This document shows, piece by piece, positions 37,201 through 46,910 of a stretch of DNA of 64,000 bases (position 1 is the first letter of the stretch; every line of letters begins with the position of its first letter). The DNA comes from Octopus bimaculoides (taxonomy: Eukaryota), in the NCBI RefSeq assembly GCF_001194135.2, contig NC_068991.1, positions 47,586,724 through 47,650,723 of the forward strand, read 5' to 3'. A program made the position numbers and the translations under genes. The notes under the pieces are model-generated. The model did not search any database and was not told where the DNA came from. It worked only from the letters and a program-made list of their open reading frames with translations.

Positions 37201-40200
37201 AAGGCAACAACGCAATGGAAAGTGCGAGGAATATTAATGAAGTATATGGAAATCAGACAATAAGTTTAAGCCAGTGTTAATGATGGTTCCAGAAATTCTG
37301 AGCCGGAAACTACAGCCTAGAAGACAAGCCTTGTCCTGGAAGATCTGTAGAGCTTGGCGAGGATGTCCTGCAAACCCTGGTGGAACAGATCCTATTGTAA
37401 CTGTTGAGGAACTAGCAGAAAAACTTGGATTTGGTCATTCAACCATTCATTGACACCTGCGTGCCATTGGGTTCCTCACAAACTTTCCGAGTCTAATCAT
37501 GTGCAGAGAGTAAATGTGTGCTCCTCTTTGCTGTCACATCTCATGAATGAACCTTTTTTGGAATGAATAGTGACTGGTGATGAGAAATGGGTTCTCTATA
37601 AAAATGTCAAATGCTGAAGACAGTGGGTAGGGAAAGGAAAAACACCAGCACTCCAGGCTAAAGGTCTTCACCTGCGTAAAGTGTTGTTATCTGTTTGGTA
37701 GGATATGAAAGATTTAGTCCACTTTGAACTTTTAAGCTCAAACCAAATGATAACAAAGGAGATCTACTGCGAGCAGCTTAAGTCAGCACTAGAAGAAAGA
37801 CGACCATCTTTGGTTTCAAGACGAAAGGTGTTATTCCATCAGGATAATGCTCAACCACATACAGTGAGGATGACATTCTAAAGGCTGGAGCAGCTTGAAT
37901 GGGAAACAATGCCCCACCCACCATATTCGCCAGACATTGCCCCATCAGATTATCATTTATTCCACAGTATGAGGCTTGGAAGAGGCATTCTTGATTCAAC
38001 TGTCACTTCCTAGCCAAAGGAGAGAAGGTGATATTTCAGTCAGGACTGTCTAAATGAAGAAAGTACAAAGCTAGTCAGCTCTGAAGAGCAGCTGTTACTG
38101 TAGTGGTATTAGAAAAGTTAGAGTGGAGACAGTATGTTTTTTGGTCAGAAGATGAAAGGTGATGATAAGTGACTTTATGTTAATCAACTAGGTGGCAGAT
38201 TTGGGGTGCGGTCAAGAATGTTTGTACATGTATCAGCAACACCATCCTAGATGTAGGAGTCATACTCCATTGTGGGTCTTACCTGAGCTTTATAAAGGAT
38301 TTCTAGTTTTTTTGTTCAAGTAGAGGAAGGCCAGTCTTTCTCATGAATTTTTTTCCATCTTGAGGATATGTGTTTGCCACAAGATACTCAGTGAGGGTGA
38401 AACTTAGCAATGAGTGACCTCAAGAGATCTTCATGCCTGTTGTTCATGTAAAAGATACTAATGTCTAATCTAAAATTATAGAATAACTTAAGACCAAGAC
38501 AGAGCAAGAATTGTTGATTTTTCAAGTAATCTATATTACTTCCAGATACATCAGTGTCAACCTCCCAGTTATGTCTTTTATGGAGAGTCTAATTCTAAGA
38601 GTGGAGGCGCAATGGCCCAGTGGTTAGGGCAGCGGACTCACAGTCATAGGATCACGGTTTCGATTCCCAGACCGGGCGTTGTGAGTGTTTATTGAGCAAA
38701 AACACCTAAAGCTCAATGAGGCTCCGGCAGGGGATGGTGGCGAACCCTGCTGTACTCTTTCACCACAGCTTTCTCTCACTCTTACTTCCTGTATTTCAAA
38801 GGGTCAGCCTTGTCACACTGTGTCAAACTGAATATCCCCAAGAACTAGGTTAAGGGTACACGTGTCTGTGGAGTGCTCAGCCACTTGCACGTTAATTTCA
38901 CGAGCAGGCTGTTCAGTTGATCGGATCAACTGGAACCCTCGACGTCGTAAGCGACGGAGTGCCAACAATTCTAAGGATATACTGAATTAAATATTGCTCA
39001 GTGACTAAACCGAGAACTCATGACATGGAAAGATTATGACCAACCAATAAGGTGAACATATTACTTAAAGGAACCCAGCAGTTTCCTAAACAGTTCTTGT
39101 TTCTTTCAACACTTACTAAATCATGTTCAGTTTCAGCACTTTTGCTCAGTATATTGTTCATTCTTTTCTTTTGTTTGTAGATAACATTATCAGAAAACTT
39201 TGCATGATTTCCAAGAAGTACATATTCTTCCTCATCAGGTGGTACACCTCCACAGGAATCAGCAGGAACAGTTCCATTTGTATGATCTCTTTCAATCTGA
39301 GTAAAAAAAATTAAAACCAAAATAGTTCAGATATTAAAATCATTCACTATAAATCAGAGACATTAACCAATCACGGTTAATCAGTTAACGAGATTAGCTC
39401 GGCTCTTTATTTCCATATTATGATTCTGTTATGATATAAGAAACAAGCATTACGCGTCCCAAGGTGAAGAGAACACTGCTTCAATTCTAAGAGAGAATAC
39501 ACACATACACACACGTTTGTTTTTATATACAGTTATACCTAAAAACAGTTGCCATTCTTATCACTAAAACTTGTCTGTTTTTCAAATAAGGAATCTTTTA
39601 CTTTACATGACTTCCAAGGTGTGAGATGATCAGCTGACAATAATACTGTTTGGAGTGAGCAACTTTTGCAGAGTGCGTCTGTGTGTGTGTGTGTAAAGCA
39701 GGCTTCTTTTAGTTTCCATTTACCAAATTTGCTCATATGGTTTCAGCTGTCCTGGGGTTAAAGTAGAAGACGTTTGCTCAAGATTGTACACAGTGGAAGT
39801 GAACCATAAACTACGTGGTTGAGAAGCACAATTCTTAAACACACAGACATCAGTATTATGCAGCAAATAGTTACATCATCAATACATAGAAATGACATTT
39901 CCACATTAAAACATCTTCAGGTAGACTCTCTGACCTGGTGATGTCATAATTTTCTAGGTCAAGGGGGAAAAGACAGAATCCAAGAACACTTGTTATTGAA
40001 ATACTGCATTCATTTGGTCATTCAGTTTCTACTACCGCAACAGTTGGTTATCTATATATTTCTGTCTTGATGTTGATGCAGTCTTTGTCCTTCATATGGC
40101 ATGCACAAGAGAAAATAAACTCATTTATTTTCCTTTTTAGATGACATGCACAGGTAGGAAATAAAAACTAGAAAGGCTTACCAAATATTTGACATTATCA

Positions 40201-43200
40201 GAGTTTAGATAATAATGCCAACACACCCTTGGGTGGTAAATGGTATTAACTGAGAACCTGATATTGCTTCCAAGAAGTATGTACTCGTCACTTACATGTG
40301 GATCACAGGAGTCTTCTGAATGAATCTGGTTATCATCATTTTCTTTCTAATTAAGATAAAAACAAAAACAAAAAAAGCAGCATTTAGAAGTCACCATTAA
40401 AATATATAATTACAAAGTTTTTCCTACAAAAAAAAAAGGCATAGTTAATATTTAATTAATTCTGGAAATAGTTATAGCAAGGGTATGAAAACAACATAGA
40501 TACTCTTTTACTTGTTTCAGTCATTTGACTGTGGCTATACTGGAGCAACGCCTTTAGTCGAGTAAATCGACCCCAGGACTTATTCTTTGGATGCCTAGTA
40601 TTTATTCTATCGGTCTATTTTCAGTAAAAGAACATGACTGTAAAACAATGTCTCAACAACATATTTGTTTAATCCATGCAAGCATGGAAAAACAGACACA
40701 AAAACAAATGAAGAATACATAGTTTTACTTATATTTTAATTAATATTGAATAAATAAATGTACAAAAACTTTAAAACAAGCAATACCTTTTTTATACTGA
40801 AATATCTTTTTGGTTTGTAACAGATATTTCCTTCAAACTTTTCGTTTTTTCCCAGCAGCATATAATCCTCATTCAAGTCATGTTCTTTTACTGAAAAGTC
40901 ACTTGATAAACAAGTAACAGGGCCTTCACGTCTCTTCTTTCTTTGTAGACATGGTTCAAACAACACACCTAAAAATTTAAGTGTTCAAATTTAATCCTTC
41001 ATTCAAATATATGAACAGCAAGAAATAGAATAAATGATTTCTGTTGGGGTTAACAATGAGCATTCAGTTATTTGATCAACTGAACTACCTGCTTACTGAA
41101 TTATTGAATTAATGTGAAAGTGGCTGAGTATTCCACAAGCATGTATCCCTTAGTGTAATCATCAAAATGAATCAGCATGACACAGCACAGATGAAGCTGT
41201 GTGGTAAGAAGTTTGCTTCCCAACCACATGATTCTGAGTTCAGTCCTACTGCATGGAACATTGGGCAAGTGTCCCCAGGTCCACTGTGTGGAACATTAGG
41301 CAAGTGGCCCCAGGCCGACCTATACCACATAAGTGAATTAGGTAGATGGAAACTGAAAAAAGGCCCATAGTATATGTATGTGTGTGTGTGTGTCTGTTGT
41401 GTATCCCATGTGTATGTGTGTGTTTTTGTGTTTGTGTTTGCACTCCACCACCACATGACAACTGGTGTTGGTCTGTTTACCAACACCAGTTGTCTCTTTA
41501 ACTTAGTATTCAGCAAAATAAAAACCTGACAGAATAAGTATCACCATTTAGGCAAGTATTTTAGCCCTTAACCTCTGGTATAAGTACTGGGGCTGAATTG
41601 TTTGACTAAACCCTTTAAGGCCATACCACCAGCTTGTCCACAGTCCAATGACTGAAACAAGTAAAAGGTCACAGACAGTATGTGACAAGTCAGGAGGTTT
41701 TAAACATAGATAGTCTATCTGATGAGCTGTCATAGAGTTTCCATCACCTTGATTTCACTCAGAAAGGCTCAAGTTGTGACCTGAAGCTTTGGTAAAAGAA
41801 ATCTTCTCAAAATGCAACACGAGAAGTAACCAACTCTTTACTCTTTTACTTGTTTCAGTCATTTGACTGTGGCCATGCTGGAGCACCGCCTTTAGTCGAG
41901 CAAATCGACCCCAGGACTTATTCTTTGTAAGCCTAGTTCTTATTATATCAGTCTCTTTTGCCGAACTGCTAAGTTACGGGGACGTAAACACACCAGCATT
42001 GGTTGTCAAGCTATGTTGGGGGGACAAACACAGACACACAAACACATATATACATACATATATACGATGAGCTTCTTTCAGTTTCCGTCTACCAAATCCA
42101 CTCACAAGGCTTTGGTCGGCCCGAGGCTATAGTAGAAGACACTTGCCCAAGGTGCTACGCAGTGGGACTGAACCCAGAACCATAATATTTTCATGACTTG
42201 TGAAATTTTGAAAAGTTTACAGTATATCTTAGTAACAAGAAACTGTAGGGAGAGCTGAACAGGAGAGGGTCTTCAGAGAAGAAGCCCACTGCCATGCAAG
42301 TATTTTAGCCCCTAATCTATTGTATATTTTGTCACATACACACAGACATATCCATATGGCTAAAGACTTTTTATTTCACAAGGATGACTTGGCAGTTTGT
42401 TTCATGCTTTTGTTAATTGTTTTAGATGTCTGTGTAGTTGCAAGAAGACGTAGACACCGTTTTGGCTCTCCCATACAAAGAGAGGGAGAGTGGTGGTGGT
42501 GGGGTGGGGCTATATAATACTTGGTTAGTACTCAGTTTCAACTGAGCAGATTGGAGCAATGTGAAATTAAGTAGCTTGCTCAAGAGCACAACACACTGCC
42601 CGATCAAGGAATCAAGCCCAAAACCTTATGACTGGGAAACCAACACTCTAACCACTAAGTCACATACCTTAAGATATTTAAGGTTTGAAAAACAAAACGA
42701 CAACAACAAGAAAAAATAAGGTACCAGTTATATACTGATTTTAATTCAACTGAATCCATCCCTTCCTGAAAAGCAAGTGGCAATATATTAATCAACATTC
42801 TACCAACTAACAAAATGCACTAAATTACTTTAAGAATACAGGACAGAGAAGATTGTTGAAAACACACGTTTTTACATGCGTAATCCTGTCACAACCTGTT
42901 GCAGCATTTTTAATATTTATCAGTCTTTATGAGCACCAGTGTGTTACTGAAAACAAGTTTTTTGGTCTCAATAGAGCTACAATCCTAACAGAATTTTTTA
43001 TTAATTCCAATCACATACTTTTGAATATTTTTTTTTTCTCAATACTTCCAGCTTTCATTTAGATCTCCCTAGGCAGAATTCTTTACTTTTTTTTTTGTTA
43101 TATTAAGTCGGGATGAGTGAGCATTAATTAAATAGCATCTTTTAACTTACTTGCTTCAGTCATTAGATTGTGGCCATGCTGGGACACCACCTTGAAGAAT

Positions 43201-46200
43201 CTTTAGTCAAATGAATCAACCCCAGGATTTATTTTTTAAAACTTGGTACTTATTCTACCAGTCTCTTTTGCCAAACTGCTAAGTTACAGGGACATAAACA
43301 AACACCAATTGTCAAATGGTAGTGGGGGACAAACACACACACATGACAGGCTTCTCTCAGTTTCCATCTACCAAATCCACCCACAAGGCTTTGGTTCGCC
43401 TGAGGCTATAGTAGAAGACACTAGTCCAAGGTGCCATGCAACAGGACTGAACCTGAAACCATGTGATTAGGAAGCAAACTTCTTACCACACCGCCACACC
43501 TGCACCTATAACATGTTAATATTTTTTCCTCCCAGGGCGGCGAGCTGGCAGAATCGTTAGCACGCTGGGCGAAATGCTTAGCAGTATTTCGTCTGTCTTT
43601 ATATTCTGAGTTCAAATTCCACTGAGGTCGACTTTACCTTTCATCCTTTCAGGGTCGATAAATTAAGTATCAGTTGCATACTGGGGTCAATCTAATCGAC
43701 TGCCCCACCCACCTGCCAAAATTTTGGGCCTTGTGTCTAGAGTAGAAAAGAATTTTTTCTGCCCAGGGTGGCGAGCTGGCAGAATCGTTGGCATGCCGGG
43801 CGAAATGCTTAGCAGTATTTCGTCTGCTGTTATGTTCTGACTTCAAATTCCGCCAAGGTCAACTTTGCCTTTCATCCTTTCGAGGTCAATTAAATAAGTA
43901 CCAATTACGCACTGGAAGGGATACAGCTGTACTGACCTCAATTCATAACTAGTTTTTATCGAAGTAACATGGATGTGGGAATGGCTGTGTGGTGTAGTGG
44001 ATCTTGCAGGCATGAAGTGGATTTGATCCACCATAGCCAAATTTAAATTAACACTTCAACAGAACTTTTCTCAGTGGAACAATAGTTTTTCCGTGGCAGT
44101 TTATATTTGCCAGATTGCCTTAGCTAGGCCAAAATAATGTCTTCACCACTTGACCTTTCTAACCTTTCCTAGACCACTAAAAGCTAGAATTAAGATAACA
44201 AGACCACCAACTAAATCCATTGTTCTCAACAATATGTCTATCCTTCTGGATAGTTATAAAAGCAAGAACCCCAAGCAAAAATCAGTTAGTCACTTGGTGA
44301 CAACTCAATCAGTTAGTCAGTTGGTGACAACTTGTGAGTTGACAGAGAGAGCTAACATCAGTTAGTGAACCGACCACTAGAATCATGGCCACAAGCAGGT
44401 AGACAAACAGCCAGAGGGAAAAAGAAATTTAGAATTAGCAACTCTACGAGACTTTTCCCATACTCTCTCACTTTCACTAACTCACTTTGTCTTCTCTGCA
44501 CATTACCATATCTCTCTCTATGGTTTACTATTACAATAAGAACACACAGGCCGGAATTAACTTTTTTACTTTGCACGCTCTAGGATTTTATCACCTGCCC
44601 ATCGAGGCAAGGTATATTTGATGTAACGGTAAATAGATATTTTTCTTCACAACTTCAATCACTGTTCTTTCATCTTTACATAATGGCAATCCATGAAGAA
44701 CCAATCCTTACAAACTGATTACGATGCCGACATTCCATCTTACTGTGTATCAACTATCGTATATCATATTATTGTTTACAAATCAAACTTCAACCATTAC
44801 AGTGGTTTAAGAAGTTCATTTAGCAGTGGGACCCATAAATGGGCAGTCTATGCTGTTGTTAACTCCTGGACAACCCTGACCAAGCAGACCTATGATCAAG
44901 GACATTCCAATCGTAACTGTCCCGTTTCTCCTATGTACTGGGACCCTAAGACCACACTATCCAATATGTAAAGTGTGATTTGAGGAAAATTTTTCTGCTA
45001 TTTCTAGCAAGTCTGGAGACAAAAATAGATCTCTTATTGGCTGAGATATCTTTTTTATTTTATCTATCAATGAGCGACTACATAAAACAAGAAAAGTTCT
45101 AAAGGGTTTCAAATAACACCCATTAATTCTAAAAAGAAATGGACGTCTTAGCCATAAATATACAAATTGGAATTCCCTTGATTATATAGGTCTGTTCCAT
45201 CAGATCTATGTGAACAGCAACAAGTTTAGACAGTAAATGGATATTTGTGCAGTTAAATATATATCACCGACACAATTGATCTCGTATTTTATTTATTTCT
45301 AACGTAAGTATATTTAAGAGATAGATACTGTCGATTATATTGGTCCCAGAACTTGACTGGTACTTATTTTATCGACCCCCGACAGGATTTGAACTCAGAA
45401 CGAAATACTGCAATACATTTTATCCGTTGCTGTACTGGTTCTGCAAATACGTCGTCTTGTGATTACAGAAGACAGAGAAGCAGGTGAGAAATAGAACTAC
45501 ATTCTTAAAAAATGGAAGACCTGTTGAGTAATATGGTCCTTGATAAACTGTCTGGAATTACTGTGATCATAGGTCAACTCGGATCAATTGTTGTTATGGT
45601 AGTTGTTTAGCCGCAACGCTGATCTGGGGGCGAAACAACAACCACAGCGATAATTTCTTTATTTGCTAAGGTCATCAAAACTAACAACGAAGTAACTAAG
45701 TAGGGGAATGTGATGGTGATTCCAAGGAACAGAGAAGGCGAGACGTCTGCTGCAAGCGTATAATGCAGGATAAGTTATTACTATCTTCAATGAGGACACT
45801 TCTACATGGTCGCTAAAAATAACAGTCAAAGCTCTCTTGAATCACACCCTGCCGTCGAGGTTGATTTACTCAATCAGGGCTAACTTAGGGTTAAACAACA
45901 ACAACATTACTAGGCTATTCATCACAATTATAACTTGTTACCTGTTTATCATAAAAATATTAAGTGGCCGTTATCCCATGGAGATAAAACGAAAGATCAC
46001 TAAACACCTAAATTTTTGTATATAAACTTCACCTTCCTGCTCGAAAATAAATAAAAAACAATTAAATAACTTAATAACAAATCAATTTACTACCAATTCA
46101 CAAAATGGAAACAGCCAAAATATTCTTTAAGTCAGCAATAACTTTTAAGAGACGGTGAGTTGTCTTATTCATATAATGCAACACTTCAAGTATAACCGTT

Positions 46201-46910
46201 TAATACGATATTTAAAATTATAATTGTTGTTTATCTGATAGCAATATCGTGTAATTAAAGTGGGTTACAACCTACCACCTGCAGTAAATAGCATATTTAA
46301 ACACAAGTAAATATTCTAAATAAGCGAGGATAATATACATACATGTATATCTTCGATGAAATTAGTTCGATCGAGGTCGATTATTTTCATATGTAGTATT
46401 CAATACAAAATACGAGCATAATTTCATTTTTTTTAAATAGTTCGTACTGCGATCGTCCCGACCCTAGTTGTCTTCGATATATACATATATATTTTACTTG
46501 TTTTAGTTTAGTGGTCTGTGCCCATTCTGGGGGCACTGTTTTGAAGGGTTTAGTCGAAGAAATCGACCCCGATATTTAGCTTTTTTAAAAGCCTGGTATT
46601 TATTCTATCGGTCATACATACATACAATATATATGAGCATGTTCAGATATGCAACTATATGCATGAGAATACATACATACAAACAAATAAACAGACAAAA
46701 AACCCTGTTGTTGATGTTGAAATTCCAATGAAGGAGCCATGAATCTAGGTTTGCAAGAAACCGGCTCTTACTCTATTGGCAAGAAACCTTGAAATAAAAC
46801 TGAACAATGACATACATACACCTTGCATTATTTTAAATTCGAGTAACTAACAGATGCATACAATAAATGTGTTAAGTATTATTACCTTGCACTTGGCTGG
46901 TGTCCTTCAT
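7493..46910 (-). CDS. MDM1: MDM1 (SAXO6)-like nuclear/centriolar microtubule-binding protein, 19 predicted coding exons, about 991 aa
   Basis: Exons 46886-46910, 40787-40968, 40227-40346, 39117-39296, 34503-34697, 33483-33605, 31785-31853, 29609-29701, 27355-27447, 25317-25448, 22848-23276, 21012-21036, 20233-20278, 19084-19171, 16908-17131, 13910-14502, 13738-13802, 11256-11427, 7493-7614 all have AG/GT ends and phase-compatible joins (2976 nt). Motifs FTEYQKNF, QSEYQRNF, MSEYQKNF, DWYKQVLELRDKAAKYRQRALDSHF, YHLDL and C-terminal ERTRKRMNFW* resemble recalled human MDM1 (SEYQRQF, TEYKRNF, VKELREKAEFYRKRVQGTHF, THHDL, ARAKKRKENFW). Confidence 0.85.
7735..8095 (-). mobile_element. Family B copy with internal tandem units of about 65 bp
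   Basis: ggccacgctc(a/g)aaat(g/a)gtgtattttacgtg is repeated. Confidence 0.85.
10841..11068. mobile_element. piggyBac-type MITE (TTAA-CCCTTTAGCATT...AATGCTAAAGGG-TTAA)
   Basis: TTAA ends and short TIR; further copies at 19586-20176 (SINE-interrupted), 31447-31665 and 32041-32268. Confidence 0.8.
11256..11427 (-). CDS. MDM1: MDM1-like exon 18 (SCDSMFTRAPLFGK...STKEVK)
   Basis: tttcattgtag acceptor, T|gtaagt donor, phase 0 to 1, open frame. Confidence 0.75.
11600..12350 (+). pseudogene. Mariner transposase relic
   Basis: WVP-like, FLTQDE, QWKHPSSP, VLFHQDNAPAHKS and HPPYSPDFAQSDYYLF motifs, with stops and frameshifts. Confidence 0.9.
12488..13321. mobile_element. MITE with about 230 bp TIRs and 8 bp TSD (cagagttc), possibly hAT-type; carries an internal SINE at about 12792-13048
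   Basis: About 12490-12730 and 13120-13320 are near-identical inverted repeats; TSD at 12480-12487 and 13322-13329. Confidence 0.85.
13738..13802 (-). CDS. MDM1: MDM1-like exon 17 (VYHLDLVSKVSENYRRPKQIFK)
   Basis: tttattcttccag acceptor, AAA|gtaagt donor, phase 1 to 0; follows a 107 nt intron. Confidence 0.8.
13910..14502 (-). CDS. MDM1: MDM1-like exon 16, 593 nt low-complexity acidic region
   Basis: Within ORF 13863-14534; ttcttccag acceptor (phase 2), G|gtaagt donor (phase 1). Confidence 0.85.
14750..15200 (-). mobile_element. Highly decayed CR1/L2-like LINE fragment
   Basis: Degenerate RT C-terminal-like translation; many stops. Confidence 0.35.
15421..15758 (-). mobile_element. SINE family A (tRNA-like head, CTTGGGCAAGTG core-like segment, (AAGAGTA)n tail)
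   Basis: Repeated across the window: 34071-34465(+), 41833-42183, 43143-43505, 48053-48455, 54634-55092, 62030-62400 and many fragments. Confidence 0.9.
16908..17131 (-). CDS. MDM1: MDM1-like exon 15 (VTTENISYEDWYKQVLELRDKAAKYRQRALDSHFCSKHMVQL...)
   Basis: Within ORF 16904-17179; taataag acceptor, CC|gtaagt donor; most conserved MDM1 block. Confidence 0.9.
17290..17550. repeat. Long imperfect palindrome (about 115 bp arms)
   Basis: aagagatgacaaaggaataaatg...tgtggactcatag...ctgagtaac is mirrored at 17430-17548. Confidence 0.85.
17579..17867. other. Assembly gap (N run)
   Basis: 289 N. Confidence 1.
17868..18078 (+). mobile_element. Family B copy, near-identical to 5820-6033
   Basis: Direct sequence match. 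Confidence 0.9.
19084..19171 (-). CDS. MDM1: MDM1-like exon 14 (VLMSEYQKNFNSPSKFAYVKNAWVNKDPQ)
   Basis: ttcctttag acceptor, CAG|gtaaag donor; resembles MDM1 SEYRAKFLSPAQYLYKAGAW. Confidence 0.85.
19586..20176. mobile_element. piggyBac-type MITE copy interrupted by a SINE
   Basis: taaccctttagcattcaga ... aatgttaaagggttaa with a (GAT)n-tailed SINE at 19607-19975. Confidence 0.75.
20233..20278 (-). CDS. MDM1: MDM1-like exon 13, 46 nt (SVTSHPELKNDKSPPV)
   Basis: ttttattttacag acceptor, GT|gtgagt donor; phase 1 to 2 bridges exons 12 and 14 exactly. Confidence 0.7.
21012..21036 (-). CDS. MDM1: MDM1-like exon 12, 25 nt (MKRAKSLE)
   Basis: ttttttatctttacag acceptor, T|gtaaga donor, phase 0 to 1. 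Confidence 0.65.
21426..21812 (+). mobile_element. tRNA-derived SINE (family C) with (CAA)n tail and 11 bp TSD
   Basis: A box TGGCCCAGTGG, B box GTTTCGATTCC; TSD agtagctgtat at 21414-21424 and 21813-21823. Confidence 0.9.
22848..23276 (-). CDS. MDM1: MDM1-like exon 11 (NLFHSGSHF...QSEYQRNF...TEPKHK)
   Basis: ttttttcattcag acceptor, AAG|gttggt donor, 429 nt open, phase 0-0; matches MDM1 FHNKSQF...TEYKRNF. Confidence 0.85.
24040..24430 (-). mobile_element. Decayed CR1-like LINE fragment
   Basis: Residual *GLVLG resembling QGSVLGP. Confidence 0.35.
25317..25448 (-). CDS. MDM1: MDM1-like exon 10 (KLLGLLYRSGLGPPRSSAMRFTEYQKNFTVKKP...KPK)
   Basis: ttttccccccaccag acceptor, AAG|gtaact donor, 132 nt; contains a TEY-x3-F repeat. 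Confidence 0.85.
25892..26381 (+). repeat. Diverged direct repeat, two copies of about 160 bp (25892-26051, 26219-26381)
   Basis: caaaacaccagctgtcccagaat...aaatatgtaag versus caaaacactggctgtcctaagaat...aaatatgcaag. Confidence 0.75.
26751..27138. mobile_element. Foldback element: inverted arms with minimal hammerhead-like motifs around a tRNA-like core
   Basis: 26751-26898 is the reverse complement of about 26998-27138; core 26915-26986 has A-box-like TGGCATAGTGG and B-box-like GAGTTCGATTCC; each arm has a decayed CTGATGA-stem-GAAACGTT. Confidence 0.75.
27355..27447 (-). CDS. MDM1: MDM1-like exon 9, 93 nt (VEQIVNSVKSPVKKSVISENSSPTKHSDNQE)
   Basis: atttaag acceptor, GAG|gttagt donor, phase 0-0. 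Confidence 0.75.
27760..29290 (-). mobile_element. Mutator-like (MULE) transposase relic
   Basis: ORF fragments with SCDGSWQKRGFSSKN, YLGDG-D-SK, KYECCGHVQKRMG, GRLTQKAI and LDKCLHGGAQNNN, characteristic of animal Mutator-like transposases. Confidence 0.8.
29609..29701 (-). CDS. MDM1: MDM1-like exon 8, 93 nt (GDEIMCPEKSPVKKSVMFETSSPKNLSDNEE)
   Basis: atttaag acceptor, GAG|gttaat donor; paralog of 27355-27447. Confidence 0.75.
29995..30600 (+). mobile_element. 3' fragment of an RTE-clade LINE
   Basis: LRHILDIKWTDHITN..., WLGHVDRMPDGRIPKDLLYGEL, HFKDICKRD and a C-terminal Cys/His region (GLYSHRR). Confidence 0.85.
31447..31665. mobile_element. piggyBac-type MITE copy
   Basis: ttaaccctttagcattt ... 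gaatgctaaaggattaa. Confidence 0.75.
31785..31853 (-). CDS. MDM1: MDM1-like exon 7, tentative (GITDKGSRCVVNNHAEKEISEFE)
   Basis: GAG|gtaatt donor; only the AAG acceptor after a pyrimidine tract gives phase 0; skippable without frameshift. Confidence 0.45.
32041..32268. mobile_element. piggyBac-type MITE copy
   Basis: ttaaccttttagcattcaga ... gaatactaaaggattaa. Confidence 0.7.
32802..32960. mobile_element. Mariner-type TIR end / MITE fragment
   Basis: TACAAGGGGTGCTGAAAAGTTCC resembles mariner TIR starts after a TA. Confidence 0.5.
33483..33605 (-). CDS. MDM1: MDM1-like exon 6 (DKNEDQYPATKDLKPAPVVDTSKF...KSNEK)
   Basis: ttttttag acceptor, AAG|gtatta donor, 123 nt open, phase 0-0. Confidence 0.75.
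34071..34465 (+). mobile_element. SINE family A copy, abutting MDM1 exon 5
   Basis: Head gtggctatgtagtaagaagcttg, tail gactgaaacaagtaaaag. Confidence 0.85.
34503..34697 (-). CDS. MDM1: MDM1-like exon 5, 65 aa repeat exon (MQMENIEKNH...DEEEYILLGNQAKFSENVVYKQKKRMNN...TEHDF)
   Basis: tttttttctcag acceptor, TTT|gtaagt donor, 195 nt, phase 0-0. Confidence 0.8.
36158..37040. other. Assembly gap (N run)
   Basis: 883 N, between MDM1 repeat exons 4 and 5. Confidence 1.
37149..37970 (+). pseudogene. Mariner transposase relic
   Basis: MEVTKEHIRHILLYEF...IVTGDEKWVLY...VLFHQDNAQPH...HPPYSPDIAPSDYHLF with in-frame stops. Confidence 0.92.
38601..38966 (+). mobile_element. tRNA-derived SINE (family C) with 9 bp TSD
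   Basis: Close paralog of 21426-21812; TSD aattctaag at 38591-38599 and 38967-38975. Confidence 0.9.
39117..39296 (-). CDS. MDM1: MDM1-like exon 4, 60 aa repeat exon (IERDHTNG...DEEEYVLLGNHAKFSDNVIYKQKKRMNN...TEHDL)
   Basis: ttttttactcag acceptor, TTA|gtaagt donor, 180 nt, phase 0-0; paralogous to 34503-34697. Confidence 0.8.
40227..40346 (-). CDS. MDM1: MDM1-like exon 3 (KENDDNQIHSEDSCDPHVSDEYILLGSNIRFSVNTIYHPR); alternative internal donor gives 40296-40346
   Basis: taattag acceptor; two in-frame donors, CAT|gtaagt at 40295 and AGG|gtgtgt at 40226; the extension encodes the EY-LLG repeat. Confidence 0.65.
40787..40968 (-). CDS. MDM1: MDM1-like exon 2 (GVLFEPCLQRKKRREGP...EDYMLLGKNEKFEGNICYKPKRYFSIKK)
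   Basis: tttttag acceptor, AAG|gtattg donor, open frame; EPCLQRKKR resembles MDM1 EPSFISKRR. Confidence 0.8.
41833..42183 (-). mobile_element. SINE family A copy
   Basis: High identity to 15421-15758. Confidence 0.9.
43535..43917 (+). mobile_element. Two tandem copies of tRNA-head SINE family D (GGCGGCGAGCTGGCAGAATCGTTAGC...)
   Basis: 43535-43745 and 43766-43917; relatives at 18682-18890, 21115-21315(-), 35113-35290, 49205-49372(-), 58144-58330. Confidence 0.85.
46886..46910 (-). CDS. MDM1: MDM1-like coding exon 1 (MKDTSQVQ-G, ends phase 1)
   Basis: ttgtttag|aaATG...CAAG|gtaata; phase 1 joins the exon at 40968 to give QGVLFEPCLQRKKR. Start codon is tentative. Confidence 0.55.

Noticed and set aside
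44584-44611. Plus-strand mini-exon-like segment (ctag|gatttt...gcaag|gtatat) antisense to MDM1
   Set aside because: Isolated, no partner exons, borders a repeat-like region.
46730-46790. Another hammerhead-like motif (CCAATGA...GAAACC); similar at 56115-56170 on the minus strand
   Set aside because: Core too degenerate to call from these copies alone.
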